Below, one piece after another: positions 48,336-58,591 of a DNA stretch of 64,000 nt. The notes below the pieces were generated by a model. That model saw only the letters and a list, made by a program, of their open reading frames with translations, was not told the DNA's origin and did not search any database. The DNA is from Lachnospiraceae bacterium UBA3689. Lineage in GTDB: Bacteria > Bacillota > Clostridia > Lachnospirales > Lachnospiraceae. Position 1 is the stretch's first letter. Every line of letters starts with the position of its first letter. A program made the position numbers and the translations under genes. The stretch lies in the NCBI GenBank assembly GCA_002371465.1, contig DFIU01000010.1, positions 236,638 to 300,637 of the forward strand. Direction: 5' to 3'.

Positions 48336-48361
48336 GGATCTGCTGCGTTTCCTGTCATCTT

Positions 48362-48397
48362 CCGCCAATGTACATTGGCGGCGAATTATGCTAAAAT
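48362..48397 (+). promoter_or_regulatory. 20-bp perfect palindrome over the -35 region of a putative radC-mre promoter
   Basis: ccgccaatgtacattggcgg (48362-48381); TGcTAAAAT extended -10 (48389-48397). Confidence 0.55.
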
Positions 48398-48445
48398 ACA
48401 AGATGCCTGATTTTGAATATGCCTGAAACAGAAATCGGGGCATCG

Positions 48446-49156
48446 ATGAAGAAAAAAATACTGGAACGCGAAGATGTCGACCTGACCAGACCCTATGAGA
48501 AGTGCCTGACCTATGGACCGGAAAGGTTGAGTGACTCTGAACTTCTTGCCGTCATTTTGCGGGTCGGAAGTCGGAAGGAGGATGCGGTCGGGCTTGCCCG
48601 CCGGATCCTGGCTTTGGCAAAGGATGGGAGCGGACTTTTGGGTCTGCTTCATTTGAGTGTGCAGGACCTGATGGAAGTTCCCGGAATCGGAGAGGTCAAG
48701 GCGATGCAGCTTAAATGCATCGCGGAGCTGTCCAAGCGGATCTCCACCCAACACGCCGAAGAGGAATTGGATTTTTCGGATCCCAAGACCATAGCCCATT
48801 ACTATATGGAGCGGATGCGGCATGAGGAACAGGAAGTCCTGATCTGCGTCATGCTCAACAACCGGCTTAAGAAGATCTGCGACGTCTTAATCAGCAAGGG
48901 GACGGTCAATTCGTCTCTGGTGTCCACGCGCGATATCTTCATTGCCGCGGCGAAAAGCCGCGCGGTCCGGATCGTCCTTCTACACAACCACCCCAGCGGC
49001 GATCCGACTCCTTCCAAGGAAGACCTTCAGGTTACCAGAAAAGCAGAAGAGGCCGGCAAACTTCTTGATATCCCCCTCCTCGACCACATCGTGATCGGGG
49101 ATCGATCCTATGTCAGTTTCAGGGAGTGCGGGCTTTTACCAACTGAGGATGGATAA
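48446..49156 (+). CDS. radC: RadC/JAB-domain protein
   Basis: RPYEK, LSDSELLA, HNHPSGDPTPSKED, LLDHIVIG; start may be upstream at 48413 or 48419. Confidence 0.93.
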   Translation: MKKKILEREDVDLTRPYEKCLTYGPERLSDSELLAVILRVGSRKEDAVGLARRILALAKDGSGLLGLLHLSVQDLMEVPGIGEVKAMQLKCIAELSKRISTQHAEEELDFSDPKTIAHYYMERMRHEEQEVLICVMLNNRLKKICDVLISKGTVNSSLVSTRDIFIAAAKSRAVRIVLLHNHPSGDPTPSKEDLQVTRKAEEAGKLLDIPLLDHIVIGDRSYVSFRECGLLPTEDG

Positions 49157-49159
49157 TGC

Positions 49160-50173
49160 ATGCTGATCAAAAATGTATTCGGCGTTGATCTTGGGACCAG
49201 CGCCGTTAAAATTTACAGCCTTCGGAAGAACCGGCTGATGGCGGAGAAGGATATGATCGCGCTTCGCAACGGGACCCAGGTCATCGCCGTCGGCAATGAC
49301 GCGTTTGAGATGTTTGAAAAAAATCCGCCCAACGTCGTCATCGACCGTCCCATTGTAAACGGCAAGATTGCCGACGTGGACGAAGTCGAGATGATGCTGA
49401 GGCTTTTGTTAAAGCGGACCGATAAGCACGTCGGCAGAAAACCCATCATCTATTTTTCCGTCCCGGTCAATATGTCGGAGATCGAAAAACGCGCCTACTA
49501 TGCGATCTGCTACAATTCAAGTTTTCAAAGCCCCAAGATTTTTTTAGTCGACCGTCCCATCTGTGACGCCCTGGCTCTGGGCATCCCCCTTTCAAGAACC
49601 AGGGGGTCTATGATCTTAAGCATCGGGGCGCAAAGCACCAAGATGTCGGTTCTCTCAAACGAACAGATCATGATCAGCAACAGCATCCCGGTCGGAGGGC
49701 AGCAGCTCAACGAAGCCATCTGCGAGGATCTGCGCCGGACGCAGAACCTGCTGATCGGAACGCGAACGGCGAGAAGGCTGAAGGCGGTTCTGACAAATTT
49801 GGACCGACCCAGGGATGAGGCAAGAAAGGTCTTTGGCATCGACACCCTGTCGGGACTGCCAAAAGAAGCCGTGATTTCCTCCGCCCTGATCAGCCGGATC
49901 GTGGAGCGGGAGGTGGTCAAAGAGGCGGAGACCGTCCGCAGCTTTTTGGAGCGGATTCCTCCCCAGGTCGGCAGATCGGTCCGGGAGGAGGGCATCTTTT
50001 TGACCGGCGGAACCGCCCGGATTCCCGGAATAGACCGCTGTCTGTCCAAAATCATCGGCTGCAAGATCAACTTGTCCGGCAACTATGAGCTGTGTACGGT
50101 CAAGGGGCTGGAAGAGATCATCAAGCACAAGGAACTGCGGAAGTGGGCTTATACCATAAAGGATAAAAAATGA
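49160..50173 (+). CDS. mreB: Divergent MreB-family actin homolog
   Basis: GVDLGT, PIVNGKIAD, GGQQLNEAI, FLTGG; first gene of mreBCD. Confidence 0.85.
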   Translation: MLIKNVFGVDLGTSAVKIYSLRKNRLMAEKDMIALRNGTQVIAVGNDAFEMFEKNPPNVVIDRPIVNGKIADVDEVEMMLRLLLKRTDKHVGRKPIIYFSVPVNMSEIEKRAYYAICYNSSFQSPKIFLVDRPICDALALGIPLSRTRGSMILSIGAQSTKMSVLSNEQIMISNSIPVGGQQLNEAICEDLRRTQNLLIGTRTARRLKAVLTNLDRPRDEARKVFGIDTLSGLPKEAVISSALISRIVEREVVKEAETVRSFLERIPPQVGRSVREEGIFLTGGTARIPGIDRCLSKIIGCKINLSGNYELCTVKGLEEIIKHKELRKWAYTIKDKK

Positions 50174-51024
50174 AGAAACGATTCAACTTTACCAGTAAAA
50201 ATCTGCTTGTCGTCATGGTCATTGTCTGCATCGCCTTAATCCTCGCCACCATGACCTCGAAGCTTGTTATGAAGCCCCTCCGGGATGGGACGGGCTTTAT
50301 CGTCGCCCCCTTCCAGAATTCCGTCAACCGGATCGGGGGCTGGCTGTCCGACCAGTTCTCCGGATTTCAGGACGTCCAGAAACTGAGCAAGGAGAATAAG
50401 GACCTCCGCGCCCAGATTGACGAACTGACGACCAAGAACAACGCCCTGGTTCAGCAGCAGTCCGAGCTTGATAGGCTGGAGTCCTTATACCAGCTGGATA
50501 AGGAGTATCCCCAGTACAGCAAGGTCGGGGCGGAAGTTATTTCCAAGGATCCCGGCAACTGGTACAGCACCTTCGTCGTCAACAAGGGAACTGCAGACGG
50601 CATCAAGGTCAATATGAACGTCATTGCCCAGGGGGGGCTGATCGGCATCGTGACGGAAGTGGGCAGAAACTGGGCTCAGGTTCGGTCCATCATCGACGAC
50701 GACAGCAACATCAGCGCCATGGCGCAGAGTACTTCGGAGCCCTGTATCGTAACCGGCAATCTGCTCTCCATGGACAGCGGCAAGATCGACTTCAGCGGCC
50801 TTAGGGACAAGGACAATGCCGTGATCGAGGGAGCCAGCATTGTGACCTCCAATATCAGCGACAAGTATCTGACCGGACTTTTGGTGGGCTATGTCAGTGA
50901 CATCTCCATGGACTCCAACAACCTGACCAAGTCCGGGACCATCATCCCGGTCGCCAATTTCCGCTCCCTCCGGGAAGTCCTCATCATCACCGACCTGAAA
51001 CAGACCAAGGAGAATTCAAAGTGA
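50170..51024 (+). CDS. mreC: Rod shape-determining protein MreC
   Basis: TM helix, coiled coil, VNKGTADG, GLIG, VTS. Confidence 0.92.
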   Translation: MKKRFNFTSKNLLVVMVIVCIALILATMTSKLVMKPLRDGTGFIVAPFQNSVNRIGGWLSDQFSGFQDVQKLSKENKDLRAQIDELTTKNNALVQQQSELDRLESLYQLDKEYPQYSKVGAEVISKDPGNWYSTFVVNKGTADGIKVNMNVIAQGGLIGIVTEVGRNWAQVRSIIDDDSNISAMAQSTSEPCIVTGNLLSMDSGKIDFSGLRDKDNAVIEGASIVTSNISDKYLTGLLVGYVSDISMDSNNLTKSGTIIPVANFRSLREVLIITDLKQTKENSK

Positions 51025-51548
51025 AGCGCAAATTCATCATTTTGCTAATTCTGTGGATCTTTTTTATCCTGCAGACAACGGTCCTGCACATGGTGCCGGC
51101 TCTTTCGGCAACGCCCAACCTGCTCCTCATCCTGACCGTCTCCATCGCCTTTATGCAGGGGCAGAAGGAGGGCATGATGACCGGTTTTATCGCCGGGCTT
51201 TTATCCGACCTCTTTTACAGTCAGGTCTTGGGCCTTACCGCCTTGATCTTTTTATTGATCGGTTATTTCTGCGGCTTTTTCGCCCATATCTACTTTGACG
51301 ATGACATCAAGGTTCCCCTCCTTTTGGTGGGAACAGCTGATCTTACCTATAATCTGCTGGTTTACGTTTTCCGCTTTTTGCTGAACGGACACACCAATTT
51401 CGGAGGTTACCTGTCCAGCATCATCCTGCCGGACGTAATCAGTACGCTGATCTTCACATTGCTTCTCTACCGGCTCCTTTACCTGATTAACCACAGCCTG
51501 GTAGAGAAAGAAAAGAAAGGCCGTCAGTCCCTATGGATCAGAGACTAA
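51021..51548 (+). CDS. mreD: Rod shape-determining protein MreD
   Basis: Hydrophobic protein, PNLLLIL, GFIAGLLSDL; follows mreC. Confidence 0.88.
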   Translation: MKRKFIILLILWIFFILQTTVLHMVPALSATPNLLLILTVSIAFMQGQKEGMMTGFIAGLLSDLFYSQVLGLTALIFLLIGYFCGFFAHIYFDDDIKVPLLLVGTADLTYNLLVYVFRFLLNGHTNFGGYLSSIILPDVISTLIFTLLLYRLLYLINHSLVEKEKKGRQSLWIRD

Positions 51549-54430
51549 AAAAGAAACTGAAAAAACTTCGACTCGACCGCTACGCGATCCTGGCAATCCT
51601 CTTTATTGTCATGTCCGCCGCCCTGATCAACCGGCTCTACCGTCTGCAGATCATAGACGGGGAGGATTACCGCAACAACTTCAATATGCAGACAACCCGG
51701 ACCCGGACCATCCGCAGTACCCGGGGCAATATCTATGATCGGAACGGCAATGTTCTCGCCTCCAATGAGCTGTCCTATTCCCTGACTTTAGAGGATTCCG
51801 GTTCCTATGAGACCAACCGCAGCCGGGACCTGGCTTTAAACGGGATCGCCTACAGGATCGATCAGATCCTGAAGGCAAACGGCGATCAGCTCAGCAACGA
51901 TTTCAAGGTGACGGTCGACTCCTCCGGCAAATATGCCTATACGGTCGAGGGGACCCAGCTGGCGCGCTTTAAGGCCGATGTCTACGGTCACCCCAGTATC
52001 GACGACCTGACCAAGGAAGAGAAGGAGGCGACGGCGGATCAGATGATCGCCACCTTAGTCTCCGAAAAGCGCTTTGGTATCATCCGCGGCACCAAGCCCT
52101 ACAGTGCCAAGGAACTCGCCAACGCGGGTCTGCCGGATCAGCTGACCCCTGAACAGATCCTTGATATTGTCTATGTCCGCTATGAGCTTTTTACAACTCA
52201 GTACCGGAAATACGTTCCGGTCACCATCGCGGTCGATCTTTCGGGAAATTCCGTCGCGGCTCTGACCGAGGCAAAGGACACCCTGACCGGGGTCGAAATT
52301 GAAGAGGACACCAAGCGGGTCTACGACAGTCCGGAGGCGTTTGCCTCCCTGATCGGCTACACCGGGAAGGTATCCTCAGAAGAACTGACAGAGCTGAAAG
52401 CGCAGAATCCCAACTATACCAATGACTCCGTCGTCGGCAAGTCCGGCATCGAACACGTGGAGGAACAGGTCCTGCAGGGCAGCAACGGGCAGGAGACGGT
52501 CTATGTCGACCGCTTCGGCCGGGTCCTGGAGGTCAACCAGGCATCCAAGATCAATCCGACCGCCGGAGGCAATGTCTATCTGACCATCGACAAGAATCTG
52601 CAGATCGCGGTCTACCAGATGCTGGAGCAGCGGATCGCCGGTATCCTTGCCAGCGTCATCGTCAACCAGGACCAGGTCGACAACAGCAACCTGTCCGATA
52701 CGGAGGGGGTCCGTATCTCCATCAACGACGTCTACGACGCCATCTTTGAAAATTCCGTCATCGACACCGCCCATTTTACGGCCGGGGACGCCAGTCCTGT
52801 CGAAAAGGAGATAGCCGGTCTCTTTGCCCAGAAGCAGGGCCAGGTCTTCGGCGAAATCAAGGACCAGCTGACAGGGGACTCCCCCCTGCCCTATAACGAG
52901 CTGTCCGAAGAGATGAAGGAGTATGAGAGTTATATCGTCAATGATTTCCTGATGGCGGGGACCAAGATTCTGGACAGCACGGCGATCGATAAGACCGACC
53001 CGACCTACCTCGCCTGGGCCCGGGACGAGAAGATTTCTCTCAAGGACTATCTGACCTACGCCGCCAGCAAGAACTGGATCGATATCACCGCCTTTTCCGC
53101 CGGGGATACGACCTATCTGGATTCCAAGGAGATCTACACGAGGCTGTCGGAGTACATCGAAAAATCCCTGTCTGCGGATGATAAATTCTCCAAGACCCTC
53201 TACAAGTACCTGATCCGGTCCCATACGCTGACCGGCTCCCAGATCATCCACGCGCTTTATGACCAGGGGGTCTTTGATAAAACAGACAATCAGTACGAGG
53301 CCTTTGACTCGGGCAGGATATCCAGCTACGACATGATCATTCAAAAGATCAATTCCCTGGAGCTGACGCCCGCCATGCTGGCGCTCGATCCCTGCTCGGG
53401 TTCGGCGGTCATCGTCAATCCCAACAACGGGGAGATTCTTGCCTGCGTCACCTATCCGGGCTATGACAACAACCGGCTTGCCAATACCATGGACGTGCCC
53501 TACTACAATAAGCTGGCAGCAGACCTGTCCCGGCCCTTCTACAATAAGGCAACCCAGCAGAAGACGGCGCCGGGTTCGACCTTTAAGCTGGTCACGACGA
53601 CAGCGGGACTGGAAGAGCGGGTCATCACAAAAGATACGACCTTTAACTGCAACGGAGTCTTCAATCTGACGGAGACACCGCTTAAATGCTGGCTGTCGAC
53701 CGGTCACGGCGACCTGAATGTCGTCGGCGGCATTACCAATTCCTGCAACGTCTTTTTCTCCAATGTCGCCTACAGGCTGGGGCAAAATGAGGAGAAGACC
53801 TGGTCCGACTCCCTGTCTCTAAGCAAACTGCAGCAGTACGCGGACCTCTACAACCTGGACAAGCCGTCCGGCATCGAGATTCCCGAAGCGGAGCCGGAGG
53901 TATCGGACCAGTACGCGATCCAGTCCTCCATCGGTCAGGGAACACACGCTTACACGACGACCCAGCTGGCCAGATATGTCACCTCCCTTGCCAACAGCGG
54001 CACCAGCTACGACATCTCCCTCCTTGATAAGGAGACTGATGCACAAGGCAACGTCACCAGGGATCTGACTCCCAAGGTGGAAAGCCAGATCCAGATAAAC
54101 AGCGGCACCTGGGATGTCATTCACGAAGGCATGAGAGGTGTTGTTAAGAACAAGCCCGAATATGCCGATCTGGGCATCGAAGTTGCCGGCAAGACGGGGA
54201 CGGCCCAGGAGAGTAAGTCCAGACCCTCCCATGCGCTCTTTATCTGCTACGCTCCCTACAAGGATCCGGAAGTGGCGATCGCTGTCCGAATCGGAAACGG
54301 CTACTCTTCGACCAATGCGGACTATACCGCCAAGGATATCCTGCAGTATTACTTCAAGACGGTCGATGCCAATGAACTGCTCACCGGAACGGCTCACGCC
54401 GGTGACAATGTTACCCAACAGGTAGATTAA
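51533..54430 (+). CDS. mrdA: Class B penicillin-binding protein (PBP2-type) with large insertion
   Basis: TM helix, RGNIYDRNG, GKSGIE, PGSTFK (SxxK), SCN, KTG. Confidence 0.9.
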   Translation: MDQRLKKKLKKLRLDRYAILAILFIVMSAALINRLYRLQIIDGEDYRNNFNMQTTRTRTIRSTRGNIYDRNGNVLASNELSYSLTLEDSGSYETNRSRDLALNGIAYRIDQILKANGDQLSNDFKVTVDSSGKYAYTVEGTQLARFKADVYGHPSIDDLTKEEKEATADQMIATLVSEKRFGIIRGTKPYSAKELANAGLPDQLTPEQILDIVYVRYELFTTQYRKYVPVTIAVDLSGNSVAALTEAKDTLTGVEIEEDTKRVYDSPEAFASLIGYTGKVSSEELTELKAQNPNYTNDSVVGKSGIEHVEEQVLQGSNGQETVYVDRFGRVLEVNQASKINPTAGGNVYLTIDKNLQIAVYQMLEQRIAGILASVIVNQDQVDNSNLSDTEGVRISINDVYDAIFENSVIDTAHFTAGDASPVEKEIAGLFAQKQGQVFGEIKDQLTGDSPLPYNELSEEMKEYESYIVNDFLMAGTKILDSTAIDKTDPTYLAWARDEKISLKDYLTYAASKNWIDITAFSAGDTTYLDSKEIYTRLSEYIEKSLSADDKFSKTLYKYLIRSHTLTGSQIIHALYDQGVFDKTDNQYEAFDSGRISSYDMIIQKINSLELTPAMLALDPCSGSAVIVNPNNGEILACVTYPGYDNNRLANTMDVPYYNKLAADLSRPFYNKATQQKTAPGSTFKLVTTTAGLEERVITKDTTFNCNGVFNLTETPLKCWLSTGHGDLNVVGGITNSCNVFFSNVAYRLGQNEEKTWSDSLSLSKLQQYADLYNLDKPSGIEIPEAEPEVSDQYAIQSSIGQGTHAYTTTQLARYVTSLANSGTSYDISLLDKETDAQGNVTRDLTPKVESQIQINSGTWDVIHEGMRGVVKNKPEYADLGIEVAGKTGTAQESKSRPSHALFICYAPYKDPEVAIAVRIGNGYSSTNADYTAKDILQYYFKTVDANELLTGTAHAGDNVTQQVD

Positions 54431-54433
54431 ATT

Positions 54434-55642
54434 ATGTTGAAGCAGTATCGTTTAAAGGATTACAATTTCAGATTAGTTCTCTGGCTCTTTGCCCTGTCTG
54501 CCATCGGCGTCCTCTTAGTCGGGAGCGCCGAGGCATCCTTACAGCCCCGGCAGTTCGGCGGGGTCATCTTCGGGCTCTTTATCATGGTCCTGGTCTCTTT
54601 ATTTGACTTTTCCTGGATCCTGAACTTTGCCTGGATCATCTACGCCGCCAATGCGCTCATACTGCTGGCGGTCATCCGTCTGGGCAATTCCGCCAACGGA
54701 GCTACCCGGTGGATCTCAATCGGCAGCTTCCGCTTTCAGCCGGTTGAGCTGTCCAAGATCCTGCTCATCTTGTTCTTTGCCTATTATTTTATGAAGCATG
54801 AAAATGATCTTAACCAGCCAAAGACCCTGATCAAGGCGCTTGCCCTTCTGGCTTTTCCCCTGTCCCTGATCTTGCTGGAGCCGGACCTGAAGAACACCAT
54901 TACCGTCGCCGCCATCTTTGCGGTCATCTATTTCGTCTCGGGACTTAGCTGGAAATACATCGTTGGCGTGTTGATCGTCGTCATCCCCCTGGCCGTCATC
55001 TTCATGGCGATCGTCGCCCAGCCGGACCAGCACCTGATCCGGGACTATCAGAGAAAGCGGATCATGGCTTTTTTGCACCCGGACAGCGAGGAATATACGG
55101 ACGATACGACCCAGCAGAATAATTCGGTCATCGCCATCGGCAGCGGGGAGCTGTCAGGCAAGGGTCTTAACAACAGCGACGTCTCCTCCGCCAACAAGGG
55201 GAATTTCATTTCCGAGATCCAGACCGACTTTATCTTCGCCGTAGCGGGAGAGGAGCTGGGCTTTTTGGGCAGCGCCGGTATCATCATTCTGCTGCTCCTA
55301 ATTGTGCTGGAATGTCTTTTGGTGGGGCTTCGCGCCAAGGACCTGTCGGGCCGCATTATCTGCTGCGGAATCGCGGCGCTGGTGGCGTTTCAGAGTTTTA
55401 TCAACATCGGCGTCGCGACCCGTATGCTGCCCAATACCGGGACGCCGCTGCCCTTTGTCAGCTATGGTTTGACATCCATGGTGTCCCTCTTTATCGGCAT
55501 GGGGCTGGTTTTAAATGTCGGTCTGCAGACCAAGATCAGTCTGGATGCCGAACATCCGGGCAGACGGGGCAAAAAAAGGAGATCTGACCGCTACCCGGAG
55601 TCGGGGCGCAGCTATAGTCTAAGGAGAGAAGGGCGAAGATGA
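54434..55642 (+). CDS. rodA: SEDS peptidoglycan polymerase RodA
   Basis: GATRWI, FQPVELSK, EPDL, TDFIFA..GEELGF, PNTGTPLPFVSYG. Confidence 0.93.
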   Translation: MLKQYRLKDYNFRLVLWLFALSAIGVLLVGSAEASLQPRQFGGVIFGLFIMVLVSLFDFSWILNFAWIIYAANALILLAVIRLGNSANGATRWISIGSFRFQPVELSKILLILFFAYYFMKHENDLNQPKTLIKALALLAFPLSLILLEPDLKNTITVAAIFAVIYFVSGLSWKYIVGVLIVVIPLAVIFMAIVAQPDQHLIRDYQRKRIMAFLHPDSEEYTDDTTQQNNSVIAIGSGELSGKGLNNSDVSSANKGNFISEIQTDFIFAVAGEELGFLGSAGIIILLLLIVLECLLVGLRAKDLSGRIICCGIAALVAFQSFINIGVATRMLPNTGTPLPFVSYGLTSMVSLFIGMGLVLNVGLQTKISLDAEHPGRRGKKRRSDRYPESGRSYSLRREGRR

Positions 55643-56655
55643 AGGGAATCAAGCTGACAAGAAAAAGTAAAATCAGGATCCTTTTGGCAGCTGTCATAGC
55701 CATCCTGGTCCTGATTGCGGCGGTTCTTCTGGCGTCCAGTCTGGTCGGATCCGTTAAGCTTCCCATGAAATATCAGAACAGCCTGGTCTACCATTCGCCG
55801 GACCAGGCTGCCATGCAGACAAGGGATTCCCTGGCATCGGCTCTTTGCGTCGGGGACAACAACGTCTACAACGATCAGATTGAACTGACCGGAACGGACA
55901 AGGAACATGCCGCCCTCTTCGATCTGGACGGCAAGAAGGTCCTCTTTGCCAGGGGCATGTACGATCGGATCTATCCCGCCAGCATCACCAAGATCATGAC
56001 GGCGATCCTGGCTCTTAAAAGCGGCAAGATGGGGGACGTCGTCACCATCAACTGGCAGGACGTGGACCTGGAAGCCGGGTCCCAGGTTGTGGGACTTCGC
56101 ATCGGGGACAAGGTCAAGATGACCGAGCTTCTGCACGGTCTTTTGGTCCACTCCGGCAATGACTGCGCCCAGGCGATCGCCCGCCATGTCGGCGGCAGCC
56201 AGCAGAAATTTGTAGACATGATGAATGAAGAGGCCCAGCAGCTGGGCTGCACCGGGACCCATTTTGTCAATCCGACCGGCCTGCACAATGAAAACCACTA
56301 TACGACGGTCTATGACATCTATCTGATGCTGAATCAGGCGGTCAAGGATTCAGAGTTCTCTACAATCATGCAGGTCGGCGTCTACGACATGACCTACACC
56401 GGTGCGGACGGTAGCGAGAAGCACGTCAACCTGGACGCTACCGACCAGTTCCTGACCGGGGAGTCCGATCCGCCCAAGAATGTCACGGTCCTGGGCGGCA
56501 AAACCGGTACGACGGATGCAGCCGGTCACTGTCTGGCAATTTTATCTCAAAATGCCTATGGCCAGCCCTATATATCCGTGGTCGTAGGAGCAGCATCGGT
56601 GGAGGGACTCTATACCGATATGAACCGGCTCTTATCCCAGCTCAACCCGTCCTGA
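55639..56655 (+). CDS. D-alanyl-D-alanine carboxypeptidase (peptidase S11)
   Basis: TM anchor, PASITK, SGND, THFVNPTGL, KTG. Confidence 0.92.
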   Translation: MKGIKLTRKSKIRILLAAVIAILVLIAAVLLASSLVGSVKLPMKYQNSLVYHSPDQAAMQTRDSLASALCVGDNNVYNDQIELTGTDKEHAALFDLDGKKVLFARGMYDRIYPASITKIMTAILALKSGKMGDVVTINWQDVDLEAGSQVVGLRIGDKVKMTELLHGLLVHSGNDCAQAIARHVGGSQQKFVDMMNEEAQQLGCTGTHFVNPTGLHNENHYTTVYDIYLMLNQAVKDSEFSTIMQVGVYDMTYTGADGSEKHVNLDATDQFLTGESDPPKNVTVLGGKTGTTDAAGHCLAILSQNAYGQPYISVVVGAASVEGLYTDMNRLLSQLNPS

Positions 56656-56672
56656 GGAAGGGGCGATACCGC

Positions 56673-56710
56673 TTGTTTTTTGTGTGTAGATAATTTATAA
56701 TAAATTTATC
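56673..56710 (+). promoter_or_regulatory. Promoter for the P-loop/HlyD-like/yggS cluster
   Basis: TTGTTT-17-TATAAT; imperfect inverted repeat gataattta/taaatttatc around the -10. Confidence 0.55.
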
Positions 56711-56764
56711 AAATGATTCACCCAATCGGGCGAACGGAAGCGAAAACTAAGGAGGTATCTGCCG

Positions 56765-57184
56765 ATGGTTCAGTTAATTGTTGGACAGAAGGGAAAAGGC
56801 AAGACAACGGAGATTCTCAACAAGGTTAATGATGAGATCAAGTCAGCGAGCGGCAATATCGTATTTATCGACAAGGATTCGGAACATATGTATGAACTCA
56901 ACAACCGAATCCGCCTGATCGATGTTTCAAATTACGAGCTTGAAAACAGCGACCAGTTCGTCGGTTTTATTGCAGGAATCATCTCTCAGGACCATGACCT
57001 GCAGTCCATGTATCTGGACGGTTTCATGAAATGTGCCAAGCTTGAGGGCAGTGACGTCACAGCGACCATTCAGAAGCTCGACAAGCTCAGCACCAAGTTT
57101 GATATCAATTTCGTCATTTCTGTTTCTCTCGACAAATCCGAACTGAGTGAGGAACTTCAGGATAAGGTACTGATCGCACTCTGA
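56765..57184 (+). CDS. Small uncharacterised P-loop protein
   Basis: Strong SD aaggagg; Walker A GQKGKGKT at the N-terminus; Walker-B-like MYLDG. Confidence 0.75.
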   Translation: MVQLIVGQKGKGKTTEILNKVNDEIKSASGNIVFIDKDSEHMYELNNRIRLIDVSNYELENSDQFVGFIAGIISQDHDLQSMYLDGFMKCAKLEGSDVTATIQKLDKLSTKFDINFVISVSLDKSELSEELQDKVLIAL

Positions 57185-58578
57185 TGACAAAACGAACACA
57201 TTCTAACAATCACAGAATGCCAGTAAACAACCATTCCGGTATCCGGCGGGTTATCCCGCTGAATATCGGAACGGTTGTTTTTGGCATCCTTTTTCTTTAT
57301 CTGATCGTGAGCGCCGTCTCCTACGCGACGACCCGGCACGTCAAGTCCTACAGGGTCACCTCAGGACCCCTGGCGCAGAACCAGACCTATACCGGTCTGG
57401 CCCTCTATCAGGAACAGGTGGTCAACGCCGATACGGCGGGCTTTATCAATTACTACGCCGCCGAAAATGAAAAAGTCAAAAGCGGCGGCATCGTCTACGG
57501 TATCAGTCCCTCCAAGACCGATCGTGCCCCGGTCACTGTCAGCGCCAATACGCTCGATACCATCCGGCGCAGCATGGAGGATTTCTCGACCGGTTTTAAC
57601 CCCGCTGATTTTCACGAGGTCTATTCCCTGCGCTACTCTGTGGAGGGTGCCATCCTCGATCAGAATCTGGGAGATAAGGCAAATCAGAGCGGAACGCTGA
57701 CCGTAGGAGGGGAGACCATCAGTACAGCGGGGGCGGACGGCATCGTCCTCTACCGGACGGACGGCTATGAAAACTTTGACCTGGAAACGCTTAAGGCGGA
57801 CAGCGTCGATGAGAAGAATTATCATGTCAAGTCCCTGAAGACCGACCAGACCGTCCAGGCAGGAGAGAGCATCTACAAATTGATTCAGTCGGAGAACTGG
57901 TCCCTGATCATTCCCCTGACCCCCCGGCAGATCGTCAATTTATCGGATACCTCTTCCATCAAGGTCAAATTCTTAAAGGACGGGGTCACTCAGAATGCCG
58001 CCTTCTCTATCCTGACGGCAGGGGACGGTTCATATTTTGGCAAGCTCGATTTTTCAAACGGTCTTCGCCGGTATATCGACAACCGTTTCGTCGATATCGA
58101 GCTGGTCACCAATACCCGGGTCGGACTCAAAGTTCCGGTCTCCTCGATTGTCAGCAAGGAGTTCTACACCATACCGGAGGAGTTCGCAACCAACGGCGGG
58201 GATGGAAACGAGGCAGGCTTTTTGCGGGCGGCCGCCGGAGCGGATGGGTCCGTTCAGCCCTCCTTTGTCTCCACGACCCTCTATGAGCATAAGAACGGCA
58301 AGTATTACATCGATGACACGGACTTAAAGCCCGGCGATGTCCTGGTAAAAGACGGAGGGGGCAGTGACCGCTATCTCTTAAACCAAAAGGAGAGTCTCGA
58401 AGGCGTCTATTCCATGAACAAGGGGTACGCCGAGTTCCGCAAGGTCAATATCATCGATAAAAATGAGGACTACTGCATTGTTGAAAAGGGGACGCCCTAC
58501 GGCATCGCCCAGTTTGACAACATCGTCCTGAATGCCTCCGGTGTCCGGGAATCGCAGATTACGGCTCAGCCGTCATAG
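57184..58578 (+). CDS. HlyD/membrane-fusion-like single-pass membrane protein, function unknown
   Basis: One TM helix, split barrel-sandwich-like motifs (TAGFINYY..ENEKVKSG and GADGIVLYRTDG), GLKVPVSSI. Confidence 0.6.
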   Translation: MTKRTHSNNHRMPVNNHSGIRRVIPLNIGTVVFGILFLYLIVSAVSYATTRHVKSYRVTSGPLAQNQTYTGLALYQEQVVNADTAGFINYYAAENEKVKSGGIVYGISPSKTDRAPVTVSANTLDTIRRSMEDFSTGFNPADFHEVYSLRYSVEGAILDQNLGDKANQSGTLTVGGETISTAGADGIVLYRTDGYENFDLETLKADSVDEKNYHVKSLKTDQTVQAGESIYKLIQSENWSLIIPLTPRQIVNLSDTSSIKVKFLKDGVTQNAAFSILTAGDGSYFGKLDFSNGLRRYIDNRFVDIELVTNTRVGLKVPVSSIVSKEFYTIPEEFATNGGDGNEAGFLRAAAGADGSVQPSFVSTTLYEHKNGKYYIDDTDLKPGDVLVKDGGGSDRYLLNQKESLEGVYSMNKGYAEFRKVNIIDKNEDYCIVEKGTPYGIAQFDNIVLNASGVRESQITAQPS

Positions 58579-58591
58579 GAGTGAAGCAATT

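Noticed and set aside
52630-53390. About 250-aa insertion in PBP2
   Set aside because: Long class B PBPs of this kind are common in Clostridia; catalytic motifs are intact.
52376-53785. 469-aa antisense ORF in the PBP gene, and similar ones in ffh (5823-6998), ftsK, mutS and yebC
   Set aside because: Expected by-product of biased codon usage; the translations have the typical antisense composition.
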